Shown here: piece after piece, positions 9,873-20,563 of the stretch
Layout: each line of letters starts with the position of its first letter
Position numbering within the stretch: position 1 is the first letter of the stretch
Assembly (NCBI GenBank): GCA_902575395.1
Contig: CACGRA010000003.1
Coordinates: forward strand, 1 to 62,194
DNA: 62,194 nucleotides
Direction: 5' to 3'
DNA from: an uncultured Fidelibacterota bacterium
GTDB taxonomy: Bacteria; Fidelibacterota; Marinisomatia; Marinisomatales; Marinisomataceae
The notes under the pieces: model-generated
The model's input: the letters and a program-made list of their open reading frames with translations, nothing else
What the model was told of the DNA's origin: nothing
Databases searched by the model: none
Program-made: the position numbers and the translations under genes

Positions 9873-11134
9873 TGGCAGATAAAATAAAATTTACTGATGG
9901 AAATTTAGTTGTTTCTGACAATCCAATAATTCCTTTTATAGAGGGAGATGGAATTGGTCCTGATATTTGGAGAGCAAGTCAAAAAGTGATTGATGCTGCT
10001 GTTCATCATGCATACGGTCCATCAAGGCGCATTGAATGGTTTGAGGTGTTTGCAGGAGAAAAATCATTTGACAGAAATGGAGAATGGCTTCCTGATGAGA
10101 CACTTGAAATAATTAGAGACCACGTTATTGCTATTAAAGGCCCACTAACAACTCCAATTGGAGGAGGGTTTAGGTCACTGAATGTTACCTTAAGAAAAGA
10201 ATTAGATTTATTTGCTTGCGTTAGACCAGTAAGATGGTATAAAGGCACTCCTTCTCCTTTGTCTGACCCTAGCACTGTTGATATGACAATTTTCAGAGAA
10301 AATACTGAAGATATTTATGCTGGAATTGAATGGGAGAATGGTTCAGATGGAGCAGGAAAAGTCATAGACCTAATCAATGAATTAGGAGTTGGTAAAAAAA
10401 TACGATTCCCTGAGTCTAGTTCTATTGGAATTAAGCCAATATCACAAGAGGGAACCCATCGTTTGGTGCATGCCGCAATTGAGTATGCATTAAAAAATAA
10501 TCGAAAGAGCTTAACTCTTGTCCATAAAGGAAATATCATGAAGTTTACCGAAGGATATTTTAAAAAATGGGGATATGAATATGCAGAAGCTCATTTTGGT
10601 GATAAAGTCTTTACTTGGAACCAGTATGACAAAATTAAAGAAGCTGAAGGATCAGAAGCTGCTAACAAAGCACAATCTGATGCACTTGATAGCGGTAAAT
10701 TATTAGTTAAAGATGGTATTACAGATGCCTTTTTACAACAAATTCTATTACGTCCAAGCGAATATGACGTTATTGCTACCATGAATCTAAATGGAGACTA
10801 CATATCAGATGCAGCCGCAGCTTCAGTAGGAGGCATTGGTATTGCTCCGGGTGCAAATATTAATTTCAATACAGGACACGCTATTTTTGAAGCAACCCAT
10901 GGTACTGCTCCAAAATATGCTGGTTTAGATAAAGTAAATCCATCTTCGGTGATTTTATCTGGAGCATTAATGTTAGAATATATGGGATGGAACGAAGCTT
11001 CTGAAACTATTATCAATGGATTAGAAAAGGCAATTTCTTCTAAAAAAGTAACCTATGATTTTCATCGATTACTTGACGATGCTACACTTCTGAAATGTTC
11101 AGAATTTGGCGACGAAATCATTAACAATTTTTAA
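9872..11134 (+). CDS. icd: Isocitrate dehydrogenase (dimeric, likely NADP-dependent)
   Basis: [41 protein letters not shown]. Confidence 0.97.
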   Translation: MADKIKFTDGNLVVSDNPIIPFIEGDGIGPDIWRASQKVIDAAVHHAYGPSRRIEWFEVFAGEKSFDRNGEWLPDETLEIIRDHVIAIKGPLTTPIGGGFRSLNVTLRKELDLFACVRPVRWYKGTPSPLSDPSTVDMTIFRENTEDIYAGIEWENGSDGAGKVIDLINELGVGKKIRFPESSSIGIKPISQEGTHRLVHAAIEYALKNNRKSLTLVHKGNIMKFTEGYFKKWGYEYAEAHFGDKVFTWNQYDKIKEAEGSEAANKAQSDALDSGKLLVKDGITDAFLQQILLRPSEYDVIATMNLNGDYISDAAAASVGGIGIAPGANINFNTGHAIFEATHGTAPKYAGLDKVNPSSVILSGALMLEYMGWNEASETIINGLEKAISSKKVTYDFHRLLDDATLLKCSEFGDEIINNF

Positions 11135-11145
11135 CTTCTTATACC

Positions 11146-12126
11146 ATGTTTATCGATTATGCAAAGATTGAGTTGCAAGCAGGCAACGGCGGGAACGGTA
11201 TCGTCTCTTTTCATCGAGAAAAATATATAGACAAAGGCGGTCCTAGCGGTGGAGATGGTGGCAAAGGTGGAGACATTGTTTTTGTCACTAATTCGAACCT
11301 TCACACATTGCAAGACATTCGATATCGTCGTTTGTATAAAGCAAAAAATGGACAATCAGGTGGATCAAACAAAAAAACAGGAAAATCTGGAGAAGATTTG
11401 ATTATAGAAATTCCATGTGGGACCGTTATAAAAGATCAAGCTTCTAACAAAATAATTGTAGATATGGTAGAAGACAACCATTCTCATATTGTATGTGAAG
11501 GAGGTATTGGAGGTAAAGGGAACCATCATTTTAAATCTTCCACACAACAAACTCCTCGTTTTTCACAAGAAGGATCACAGGGAGAGTATCTTAAAGTAGA
11601 GCTAGAGTTAAAAGTATTAGCAGATGTAGGTTTGGTAGGTTTGCCAAATGCTGGTAAATCTACATTATTGTCTGTAATGACCACAGCAAAACCAAAAATT
11701 GCTGATTATCCTTTTACCACATTACAACCACACTTAGGAATTGTAAAATACGGTGAATATCAATCATTTGTGATGGCTGACATCCCTGGATTAATTGAAG
11801 GGGCAAGCGAGGGTAAAGGACTTGGACATCAGTTTTTAAAACATATTGAACGCAATAAGATATTATTGTTTTTAATTGATATTTTAGAAGAAAACCCTCA
11901 AGAAACTTTTGATAAACTAAAAAAAGAATTAGAGACATTTAACGATACGCTTATGGACAAACCAGCTCTGGTAGTGCGTACTAAATTAGACACTATTCAA
12001 GATCCAAAAACATTAGATCAATGGAATGGTTTTTCTGAGGATTATATTGATATATCGTCTGTCAGTCAATCTGGGCTTGATAATTTAAAAGATAGACTAG
12101 TATCTTTTTTGTCCAACAGTATATAA
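11146..12126 (+). CDS. obgE: GTPase ObgE
   Basis: Gly-rich Obg fold, GLPNAGKST, DYPFTT, DIPG. Confidence 0.97.
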   Translation: MFIDYAKIELQAGNGGNGIVSFHREKYIDKGGPSGGDGGKGGDIVFVTNSNLHTLQDIRYRRLYKAKNGQSGGSNKKTGKSGEDLIIEIPCGTVIKDQASNKIIVDMVEDNHSHIVCEGGIGGKGNHHFKSSTQQTPRFSQEGSQGEYLKVELELKVLADVGLVGLPNAGKSTLLSVMTTAKPKIADYPFTTLQPHLGIVKYGEYQSFVMADIPGLIEGASEGKGLGHQFLKHIERNKILLFLIDILEENPQETFDKLKKELETFNDTLMDKPALVVRTKLDTIQDPKTLDQWNGFSEDYIDISSVSQSGLDNLKDRLVSFLSNSI

Positions 12127-12139
12127 ATTCTCAAAAATT

Positions 12140-12226
<87 letters not shown>

Positions 12227-12254
12227 CACTTAAATAAAAAGGGAGAAAATAAAT

Positions 12255-13199
12255 ATGTCAAAATTATCAGATGCAATATCAGGAAATTCAAATTCTGAAT
12301 CATCATTACCAATTAATCAAGGATGGCTAAGAGCATTAATCTTTATGCCTATCTGGTTTTTAACAATAATGATTTTTGTCGGATTAGGAACAGTTGCTAT
12401 GATGATGATAGCAGGTGTTGATATGACCGACACAGCAGCTGTAGAAGAATGGGCTATGGGGATGGAAGGCATGGGATTTGCATCACCAATGATGTTAGTG
12501 ATGTCTCTTCTTCAAATTACGGCAAGTTTTGCATCAATTTGGTTTATGATGACCATATTTAACAAAGAACCATTAACAAATATTGGATTATCTATAAAAG
12601 ATCGTGGCCAAGAGATGTTAGTTGGCTTAGGAGCTGCACTGCTCTTTATTGGTGGTATATTCTTTATTTTATGGATTCTTGGCGCAATTACAGTAACAGG
12701 CGTTGTCGGATTAAAGCCAGAAGTAATGATAGTTAGTTTGATGCTATTTGTTGCTGCATTTGATGAAGAAATCGTATTCCGTGGTTATGTATTAAACAAT
12801 TTGATGGATTCAATGAACAGATGGTGGGCATTAGGTATCTCTTCTGCTGTATTTGCATTAATGCATGCAGGAAACCCTAATGTGTGGAGCACTTTTGTTC
12901 CAATGTCAGAATTGTTTGCCGCAGGATTTATATTAGGGATTAGTTATACTTTTACTAAAAATCTTTGGTTTCCAACCTTTTTCCATTTTGGATGGAATTT
13001 TTTCCAAGGACTGTTTGGATTTGAAATTAGTGGATTGAAAGTTGATTCTTGGAAAGTGCTTGCTCATGAAAATTCAGGTCAAGTTCCTGATATTATTTCA
13101 GGAGGATCATTTGGTATAGAAGGATCTGTTATTTCTTTAACACTTACTATCTTAGGTACATACGCAATATACAGATACTATACAGATGGACAGCAATAA
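12255..13199 (+). CDS. CPBP (CAAX/Abi) family intramembrane glutamic endopeptidase
   Basis: EE..FRGY, FA.MH, H..WN motifs. Confidence 0.9.
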   Translation: MSKLSDAISGNSNSESSLPINQGWLRALIFMPIWFLTIMIFVGLGTVAMMMIAGVDMTDTAAVEEWAMGMEGMGFASPMMLVMSLLQITASFASIWFMMTIFNKEPLTNIGLSIKDRGQEMLVGLGAALLFIGGIFFILWILGAITVTGVVGLKPEVMIVSLMLFVAAFDEEIVFRGYVLNNLMDSMNRWWALGISSAVFALMHAGNPNVWSTFVPMSELFAAGFILGISYTFTKNLWFPTFFHFGWNFFQGLFGFEISGLKVDSWKVLAHENSGQVPDIISGGSFGIEGSVISLTLTILGTYAIYRYYTDGQQ

Positions 13200-13743
13200 A
13201 ATAAAACAGTTTTTAATGCATCCTATCTTTTTAGGATTGCTAGTAATGTTTAGCGCATACAGTGTGTGGAATGTTACAAGCGGGAATATAGACCCTAAAA
13301 CAGGACAAAAGATGTTATTAGGGTCTATTTCTTTAGATGATCTTAAAGAAGATCCATTTGAAGAGTGGTATGCATCTGGTTTTCAAGATTATGATGTAGA
13401 TTATCAATTAATTAGCGCGATTGAAGATCCGAACGTGTATACTTATGAAGTGTTTCTTGGTACATGGTGTGAAGACAGCAGAAAAGAAGTACCGAGAATC
13501 GCTAAAATATTTAAAACATTAGGTGTTCCAGAAGAAAATGTAATATATATATGCGTAGATAGAGATAAAGTCAGCCCTGGAAATGAACAAGAAGGGAAAG
13601 ATATCCGCTATGTTCCTACATTGATTGTGAATCAAGGCAATGAAGAAATAGGTCGTATTGTAGAAAGCCCTATTGGAACGCTTGAGAGCGATTTGTTAGA
13701 GATTGATTTAGGGATTCCACCTGTACCTAATTACGCTCAGTAA
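13186..13743 (+). CDS. Membrane-anchored thioredoxin-like protein (CxxS)
   Basis: GTWCEDS..VP, cis-Pro VPT, EIGRIVESP. Confidence 0.85.
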   Translation: MDSNKIKQFLMHPIFLGLLVMFSAYSVWNVTSGNIDPKTGQKMLLGSISLDDLKEDPFEEWYASGFQDYDVDYQLISAIEDPNVYTYEVFLGTWCEDSRKEVPRIAKIFKTLGVPEENVIYICVDRDKVSPGNEQEGKDIRYVPTLIVNQGNEEIGRIVESPIGTLESDLLEIDLGIPPVPNYAQ

Positions 13744-14020
13744 TTTTCTTATATTCTTCAGGCGTATGTGTCTTCATAGTTAGCGCATGGATTTCATGAG
13801 GCATATATTCATCAACAAGTTTATATACTAATTGATGTCGCTCAATAAGGCTCATTCCTTCAAAATCAGGACTAACCAGCGTCATACTTAAGTGAAAATT
13901 TCCTTCAAAAGTTACATGGTTCTCATGTTCGGCTGTATAATCGAATATTTTGATAAAATCTACTGTGATTTCATCTGCTATTTTTTTAGAAATTATTGTC
14001 TGTAATTCTTCAAGCTTCAT
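13727..14020 (-). CDS. bolA: BolA family protein
   Basis: VS..FEG.SLIERHQLVY...IHAL...T.TP.E. Confidence 0.92.
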   Translation of the reverse strand: MKLEELQTIISKKIADEITVDFIKIFDYTAEHENHVTFEGNFHLSMTLVSPDFEGMSLIERHQLVYKLVDEYMPHEIHALTMKTHTPEEYKKITERN

Positions 14021-14034
14021 TGTAACTTCTGTTT

Positions 14035-15654
14035 ATGATATCTGAATTTAATTCAAAAATAATTAAATCCTTATGTCTTTTGCTTCTTGTTCAAGGTTGC
14101 GCTTACTTTAATACATTCTATAATGCTCAAGAGCACTATAAAGATGCAGAAAAAATACGTATAGAAAATTTTGGAAATCAACTTCCTTCAAGAGCTATTC
14201 AAGAATATGAGAAGGCCATCGAAAAATCTCAGAAAGTATTAACAGATTATAGTGACAGTAAGTATGTGAATGATGCATTATTATTAAAAGGGAAATCGCA
14301 TTTTTTTAAAAGAGAATATGATAGCGCAAAAGAAGCATTTGACAAATTGAAAGAATCTGAAGAAGTATTTTTTCAAAATGAAACAACGTATTGGTTGGCG
14401 TTATGTAAATGGAAAGACTTAAGACCTCAGCCTGCTGTCAACGATTTAAAAAATCTTTTAGATAGCACTGAATCTGTTGATTTAGAATCTCGCATTTATC
14501 TAACATTGGGAGAAATTTATCTTGAAATTGATCAACCAGATTCTGCATTTCAATTTTTAGATCGTGGAGCTAAAACAGCAGACAGTAGACTAACTAGAGA
14601 ACAGATTTATTTCCAAATAGCTGAATTATCATATGAAAAAGAATTATATCAGCAGGCATCAGATAATTATAGAAATGTTCTTAGTAATACAATATCAATG
14701 TCCAGAGTTAAGGAATCAAATTTAAAAATTATTCAGACTTATCGTTTATTAGGGGATTTAGATAAAGCAAAAAGCAGAATAGAACAATTGCTTTTAGATG
14801 AAAATTTTAATTCTATAAAAGGCGAATTGAATTTGGAATTAGCAAAGATTGAATTAGATAAAAATAATTTAGATTTTGCAATAGAGAGCTTAGATCAGGT
14901 AGCACAAAATAATTTGAATACAGAAATTTCTGTAGAAGCATACTACTTGCTTGGAAATATTTTTCTGAGAAATCCAAATTTAGATTTTGATCGTGCAAAT
15001 TTCTTCATCAATGAAGGAATGAAGCAAAACTTCAATTCTCCTTATAAAGTCATTATGTCTAAGAGGCGAGATTCAGTTAGTAAGCTTATAAAGCTTAAAA
15101 GCTCATTAGATGAAGAAAGCGTTGTTAATCCATCAACTTTATATGCAATTGCAGAAATATTAGCATTTGACGTTGGCAGTGAATATGAAGCATTAGACTA
15201 CTTTGAGATAATTATTGCTAACCATACAAACTCAGAGTATTACACCAAATCTTTATTTGCTACTTATTTGATATATGATTCAAAGAATGCATTAGAATCA
15301 GGTAAATATAAGGATATAATTTTAACACAATATCCTCAATCAGATTATGCAAAGAAGATTATAGACAATGAAAAACTATTATTAGAACATCAACCTTCGA
15401 AATTATTGTTAAAAGCTGAGTCTCTTTGGTCTACAAATAAAAAAGAAGCTATTGATACTTATAAACTAATTTTAGACAGTGGATCTTCAACAGCGCTTTC
15501 TGCGGTTGCAGCATATTTCTTAGCATATTATTATGATTATAAATTATCTGATAAAGATAGTGCAATTACATATTATACATGGCTTACAAAGAATCATCCA
15601 GAATCAACCCAAGGAATGATTGCACAAGAAAGACTTGAAGGATTAAATGAATAG
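14035..15654 (+). CDS. TPR-repeat lipoprotein (possibly SprE/PorW-like)
   Basis: Lipobox VQGC followed by YFNTFYNA; many TPR-like repeats. Confidence 0.7.
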   Translation: MISEFNSKIIKSLCLLLLVQGCAYFNTFYNAQEHYKDAEKIRIENFGNQLPSRAIQEYEKAIEKSQKVLTDYSDSKYVNDALLLKGKSHFFKREYDSAKEAFDKLKESEEVFFQNETTYWLALCKWKDLRPQPAVNDLKNLLDSTESVDLESRIYLTLGEIYLEIDQPDSAFQFLDRGAKTADSRLTREQIYFQIAELSYEKELYQQASDNYRNVLSNTISMSRVKESNLKIIQTYRLLGDLDKAKSRIEQLLLDENFNSIKGELNLELAKIELDKNNLDFAIESLDQVAQNNLNTEISVEAYYLLGNIFLRNPNLDFDRANFFINEGMKQNFNSPYKVIMSKRRDSVSKLIKLKSSLDEESVVNPSTLYAIAEILAFDVGSEYEALDYFEIIIANHTNSEYYTKSLFATYLIYDSKNALESGKYKDIILTQYPQSDYAKKIIDNEKLLLEHQPSKLLLKAESLWSTNKKEAIDTYKLILDSGSSTALSAVAAYFLAYYYDYKLSDKDSAITYYTWLTKNHPESTQGMIAQERLEGLNE

Positions 15655-16735
15655 CGTGAGATCTCAGTTGTCATCAATAAACTATCGTTTTTTAAGAAGA
15701 TTAATCATTATGCAACAGTCTTTATTGAAAAAAGATTTAGAAGGGGCAATTATTGTTGGTGATAAGATTAATCATTTGTTGATGAATTCACCTTTTAAGC
15801 ATTTATTCAAATTTTCAATACCAAACAATATTGGAACATATCTGTATGATCTGAATTTTCCCTCTCCAATTATTGCAGCTTCATTTAAGGATGATATTAG
15901 TGCATTATTACAATGGCAATTTGTAGGGATAGGAGGAATAACTTATAAAACAGTATTAAAAAATCCTTCAGAAGGCAATAAAAGACCAAGAATACAAGAA
16001 GTTAGCTACAATGGCAGCTATGCTTTACTGAATTCGCTTGGTCTTCCAACAAAAGGAGTGGATAATTTTGTTAATCATTTTGAACATGAACAATTACTCT
16101 CATTTAATCGACCAATAGGAATTAGCATTGGAGGAGACAGTGTTGCTGACTATGTCCAGGTGTTTGAATCAATAAATTCAAAAGTAGAATCTTCTCCTTT
16201 TAATCAGTTTTTTTATGAGATTAATATTAGTTGTCCAAATACAGAAGATGGTAAATGTTTAAGCGATGATTTGAATCAGTTAGCATTTTTATTAACTAAG
16301 ATGAGATCTTTATCTTCAAAGGTTATTGTTGTAAAAACATCTCCTGATAGTAATGATAATGAAATATTAAAAATATGTGAAATTTTATCTTCTTTAGATA
16401 AAAGCGCAATTAATGTAGGTAATACCAGATATGTATCAGTTGAATCAGTTGGACTAAAACCAAATCATTTTTCAAAACCAGGAGGAGGATTAAGTGGTCC
16501 TCCTTTGTTTAATAGCACTTTAGAAAGAGTCAAATTAATAAATAGTAATTTTAAAATACCAATTATTGCTACAGGGGGTATTGGGAATTATGACCAAGTA
16601 AAAGCTATAATTGATAGTGGCGCAAGACTAATAGGAATGGCCAGCCGATTAGTGATTGATCCATTTATCATTCCACAGATTAATAATAAATTATCTCATG
16701 AAGAAATTTTAATCTATCAAAGACATGAATCATAA
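15647..16735 (+). CDS. pyrD: Dihydroorotate dehydrogenase
   Basis: GN.RPR, NSLG, EINISCPN, GGLSG, IIATGGI. Confidence 0.85.
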   Translation: MNSVRSQLSSINYRFLRRLIIMQQSLLKKDLEGAIIVGDKINHLLMNSPFKHLFKFSIPNNIGTYLYDLNFPSPIIAASFKDDISALLQWQFVGIGGITYKTVLKNPSEGNKRPRIQEVSYNGSYALLNSLGLPTKGVDNFVNHFEHEQLLSFNRPIGISIGGDSVADYVQVFESINSKVESSPFNQFFYEINISCPNTEDGKCLSDDLNQLAFLLTKMRSLSSKVIVVKTSPDSNDNEILKICEILSSLDKSAINVGNTRYVSVESVGLKPNHFSKPGGGLSGPPLFNSTLERVKLINSNFKIPIIATGGIGNYDQVKAIIDSGARLIGMASRLVIDPFIIPQINNKLSHEEILIYQRHES

Positions 16736-17171
16736 AATATTACTTATAACAATTTCTTTAATTCTTTATAGTTGTGGTCCGACTATTGCTTATGGTGACT
16801 ATATTAATTCTGATGGAATGAGCCGAAAAGAAATCGAAGCAATACGTAATCATCCTGAAGTGCAGATAGGCATTGCTTCATACTATGGAAGAGAATTTCA
16901 TAGAAAATTAACAGCAAATGGACAAAGGTTTAATATGTATAAGGTTAGCGCTGCACATAAAACATTGCCTTTAGGAACAAGAGTTAAGGTTACAAATTTA
17001 AACAATGGAAAATCAATTAGACTTACTATTAATGATCGTGGGCCATTTAAAAAAGGAAGAATATTAGACCTATCATACAAGGCTGCTCAAAAATTAGGAT
17101 TTGTCAATGAAGGAACGACTAAAGTACGCATTGATGTAATTAAGCTTGGTGATAATAAGTATTACAAGTAG
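16725..17171 (+). CDS. rlpA: RlpA family septal lytic transglycosylase (DPBB domain)
   Basis: Lipobox, GIASYYG, TANG, AAHKTLP, INDRGPF, DLS. Confidence 0.93.
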   Translation: MNHKILLITISLILYSCGPTIAYGDYINSDGMSRKEIEAIRNHPEVQIGIASYYGREFHRKLTANGQRFNMYKVSAAHKTLPLGTRVKVTNLNNGKSIRLTINDRGPFKKGRILDLSYKAAQKLGFVNEGTTKVRIDVIKLGDNKYYK

Positions 17172-17173
17172 AT

Positions 17174-18064
17174 ATGAATTCTATTCTTTGTATAGTTAAT
17201 CCTGTTAGCGGTTTAAAAAAATCTCTCAAATCTTATCATAATATAGAAAGCAAGATAAAAGAAGCAGGTTTTTCTCCAGAATTATTTGTTACAGAATATT
17301 CAGGTCATGCAATGGATTTTCTTTCAAAAATCAAACCAAATCAATTTAATAGAGTTTTTATTTTTGGAGGCGACGGTACTGTTAATGAAGTTATTAATGG
17401 ATTATACAGAGCAGATTTATTGAATGATATTCCAATTGGCGTTATTCCGACCGGTTCTGGAAACTCAGTCATGCATGATATCGATTGTCTTGACTATGTT
17501 GATGCGGTAGGCAGGGCACTACAAGACAATATTCAATTAATGGATGTTAATAAAGTGATTTTTGATAATGAAGTACGCTTAAGTGTTAGCATAATTGGAT
17601 GGGGTATGTTTTCTTATGCAAATCTTTTGGCTGAACAATTAAGGTTTTTGGGTACAATCCGTTATGACGTCGCATCAATCATTAAGCTTATGCAAAGATC
17701 TTTCTATGATGCACAAATAACAATTGATGGCAAAACATTTGATATTGAGTGTGCATTTATTGTGGGATGCAATAGTATCCATACTGGAAAAGGAATGAAG
17801 GCAGCTCCAAATGGAGGTTTTTTTGACAATGTCATGGATATTTTTATAGTAAAGAATGATGTCAGTAGAATGCAATTAATGAACATTTTTCTAAAGGTAT
17901 TCAAAGGGGAACACATTGATTTGCCTTATGTGCATATGCAAAAAGCTACATCTCTTAAAATAGATGCTTTAGGCGACTCTTTATTTAATCTAGATGGAGA
18001 TTTAATTGAAAGCAGTAAAGTCAGTGTAGAAGTAATTCCAAAAGCGATTAAGCTTTTGGTATAA
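17174..18064 (+). CDS. Diacylglycerol/sphingosine kinase family lipid kinase
   Basis: NPVSG, GGDGTVNEV, IPTGSGN, N.DG motifs. Confidence 0.9.
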   Translation: MNSILCIVNPVSGLKKSLKSYHNIESKIKEAGFSPELFVTEYSGHAMDFLSKIKPNQFNRVFIFGGDGTVNEVINGLYRADLLNDIPIGVIPTGSGNSVMHDIDCLDYVDAVGRALQDNIQLMDVNKVIFDNEVRLSVSIIGWGMFSYANLLAEQLRFLGTIRYDVASIIKLMQRSFYDAQITIDGKTFDIECAFIVGCNSIHTGKGMKAAPNGGFFDNVMDIFIVKNDVSRMQLMNIFLKVFKGEHIDLPYVHMQKATSLKIDALGDSLFNLDGDLIESSKVSVEVIPKAIKLLV

Positions 18065-18089
18065 TAGAGAACTATTCTTATTTTCTTGC

Positions 18090-18740
18090 ATGAGTTCTCT
18101 GAGTTCAAGATTACCAATATATTTTATAGGTTTTCCCCTTGCTATTTGGATTGTTCTAACAGGAGGAATACTTTTCTATCTTTTTGTGGGATTCTTCACA
18201 ATTATGGCTTTTATAGAGTTTCTATCTTTAAAAAGAGAAGAAGCTAATTCTGTTTTTTGGTGGATTTTAGGAATAGTCTATGTATGTCTCAGTTTATCAT
18301 GTTTATTTGTATTAAGAGATATTGACAGTCGATTAGACTCCTATTTTACTTTAATGTTATTTTGTGGAGTTATGCTGAATGATACATTTGCATATATTTT
18401 TGGCAATTTAATTGGAGGAAGAAAGATTGCTCCTTCTATTAGCCCTAATAAAACCTATGCTGGTTTGTTGGGGGGTGTGATTGGATCTACAATATTTATC
18501 TTATTATTTAGTCATTATATTTTTTCTCTAAAAATGATTGATATTTTAGTGTTCATTTTTATATTCAGTGTCGTAGGATTCTTTGGCGATTTATTGGAAT
18601 CTTATTTAAAGAGGGCAGTTAATGTAAAAGACTCATCTAATCTATTAATGGGACATGGCGGTGCACTTGATAGAGTAGATTCTTTAATATTGACATGTCC
18701 CCCTACATTATTATATGTTATTGGGCAATATTTATTATGA
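18090..18740 (+). CDS. cdsA: Phosphatidate cytidylyltransferase
   Basis: ISPNKT..G, GDL.ES..KR...VKDS, GHGG.LDR.DS. Confidence 0.93.
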   Translation: MSSLSSRLPIYFIGFPLAIWIVLTGGILFYLFVGFFTIMAFIEFLSLKREEANSVFWWILGIVYVCLSLSCLFVLRDIDSRLDSYFTLMLFCGVMLNDTFAYIFGNLIGGRKIAPSISPNKTYAGLLGGVIGSTIFILLFSHYIFSLKMIDILVFIFIFSVVGFFGDLLESYLKRAVNVKDSSNLLMGHGGALDRVDSLILTCPPTLLYVIGQYLL

Positions 18741-20563
18741 GCAAAAAGATTAAATCTATATTAGCAACAGATTGTGGTAGCACAACTACAAAAGCAATCT
18801 TAATTGAATGGAAAAATGATCGCTATCGTTTGACATTCAGAGGGGAAGCCCCTACAACTGTTGAAGCTCCTTTTGAAGATGTGACTAAAGGAGTTTTAAA
18901 TGCTGTTATGGAAGTAGAAGAGCTTTCTGGAAGAACTATTCTTGATGGAGATAAAATAATTACTCCTGACAATGGAAGTAAAGGCGTTGATATATATGTA
19001 TCAACCAGTTCAGCTGGAGGTGGATTGCAAATGATGGTAGCTGGAGTAGTTAAATCTATGTCAGGTGAAAGTGCCGAAAGAGCTGCTTTAGGAGCTGGTT
19101 CAATTGTTATGGATGTTTTAGCATCAAATGATGGAAGGTTGCCACACGAAAAGATTACTAGAATCCGTCAATTAAGACCAGATATGATATTACTATCTGG
19201 TGGAACCGACGGCGGAACAACTACACACGTTATGGAATTAGCAGAAATATTAGCAGCTGCTAACCCAAGACCTAGACTAGGACAAAATTATAAGCTTCCT
19301 GTTATTTATGCTGGCAACAATAAAGCACATGATGGCATTCAAGAAACATTAGGTGAAATATCTGACCTTGATATTGTAGATAATATTAGACCAGTGCTTG
19401 AGCAAGAAAATTTAGAACCTTCTCGAGATAAAATTCATGATCTATTTATGGAGCATGTTATGGCACAAGCTCCAGGATATAAAAAACTTATGTCTTGGAC
19501 TGATGCTCCTATTATGCCAACGCCAGGAGCTGTTGGTTCTTTAATTGAAATGATTGCAAAGAAAGAAAATATTTCTGTGGTAGGGGTTGATATTGGTGGA
19601 GCAACAACTGATATATTTTCTGTATTTGAAGAAAAATTTAATCGTACTGTAAGTGCAAACCTTGGTATGAGTTATTCTATTTGTAATGTATTAGCTGAAT
19701 CTGGCTTGGATAATGTATTGCGTTGGGTTCCATTTGACATTAATCGTAGTGATTTAACTAATCGTATTGGCAATAAAATGATTCGTCCTACCACTGTCCC
19801 TCAATCTTTAGAAGAATTAGTTGTAGAACAAGCAATTGCAAGAGAAGCTTTAAGATTATCATTTATACAACATAAAGCGTTTGCAACTAGTCTAAAAGGA
19901 GTTCAATCTGAAAGAACAATTTCTGATGCTTTTGAACAATCCGCTAGTGGTCAATCTATTGTAAATATGATGGATTTAGATTTGTTAGTGGGATCTGGAG
20001 GTGTTTTATCACATGCTCCTCGTAGAGAACAGTCCGCTAGAATGCTTATTGATGCATTTATGCCAGAAGGAATCACGCAATTAGCTGTAGACTCAATATT
20101 CATGATGCCACAATTAGGGGTGTTAGCTAATATTGATAGTCAAGAATTAAAAGATGATGCAAGCCAAGCTGCTTTAGAAGTTTTTGATAACGATTGTTTA
20201 ATTAGACTGGGAACATGTGTTGCACCAGTAGGAAAAGTAAAACCAAACGCTGAAATGGCAAAAGCTACACTCACATTTAAAGATGGATCAACAAAAGAGA
20301 TAGTTATTAATGAAGGATCATTGGAAATGATTGAATTCCCATATGAGCCTGTTACAATTGATATACAACCTTCAAGAGGAATTGATGTAGGCGCTGGCAA
20401 AGGAGAATCTTTATCTTCAACAATTTATGGAGGAGTTGTTGGTTTGATTTTTGATGGTAGAAATCGTCCAATCAATCTTCCTAAAGAATCTTCAGATCGC
20501 ATTAATAATCTTTTATCTTGGTCTGATGCAGTAAACGAATATCCTAAAGGAGACTTATTTTAA
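18737..20563 (+). CDS. GlmL/MutL-family (glutamate mutase L-like) ASKHA ATPase
   Basis: DCGSTTTKA, SSAGGGL, LLSGGTDGG, MPTP, DIGGATTD, GSGGVL; ATG 18737 overlaps the cdsA stop (ATGA). Confidence 0.85.
   Translation: MSKKIKSILATDCGSTTTKAILIEWKNDRYRLTFRGEAPTTVEAPFEDVTKGVLNAVMEVEELSGRTILDGDKIITPDNGSKGVDIYVSTSSAGGGLQMMVAGVVKSMSGESAERAALGAGSIVMDVLASNDGRLPHEKITRIRQLRPDMILLSGGTDGGTTTHVMELAEILAAANPRPRLGQNYKLPVIYAGNNKAHDGIQETLGEISDLDIVDNIRPVLEQENLEPSRDKIHDLFMEHVMAQAPGYKKLMSWTDAPIMPTPGAVGSLIEMIAKKENISVVGVDIGGATTDIFSVFEEKFNRTVSANLGMSYSICNVLAESGLDNVLRWVPFDINRSDLTNRIGNKMIRPTTVPQSLEELVVEQAIAREALRLSFIQHKAFATSLKGVQSERTISDAFEQSASGQSIVNMMDLDLLVGSGGVLSHAPRREQSARMLIDAFMPEGITQLAVDSIFMMPQLGVLANIDSQELKDDASQAALEVFDNDCLIRLGTCVAPVGKVKPNAEMAKATLTFKDGSTKEIVINEGSLEMIEFPYEPVTIDIQPSRGIDVGAGKGESLSSTIYGGVVGLIFDGRNRPINLPKESSDRINNLLSWSDAVNEYPKGDLF

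Noticed and set aside
18695-18736. Longer start for the GlmL-like ORF
   Set aside because: It overlaps cdsA by 46 nt; ATG 18737 gives the usual ATGA coupling and starts just before the phosphate-1 motif
18737-20563. Glutamate mutase pathway or DNA mismatch-repair MutL
   Set aside because: No mutase subunits in the window; the motifs are ASKHA-type, not the GHKL ATPase of repair MutL
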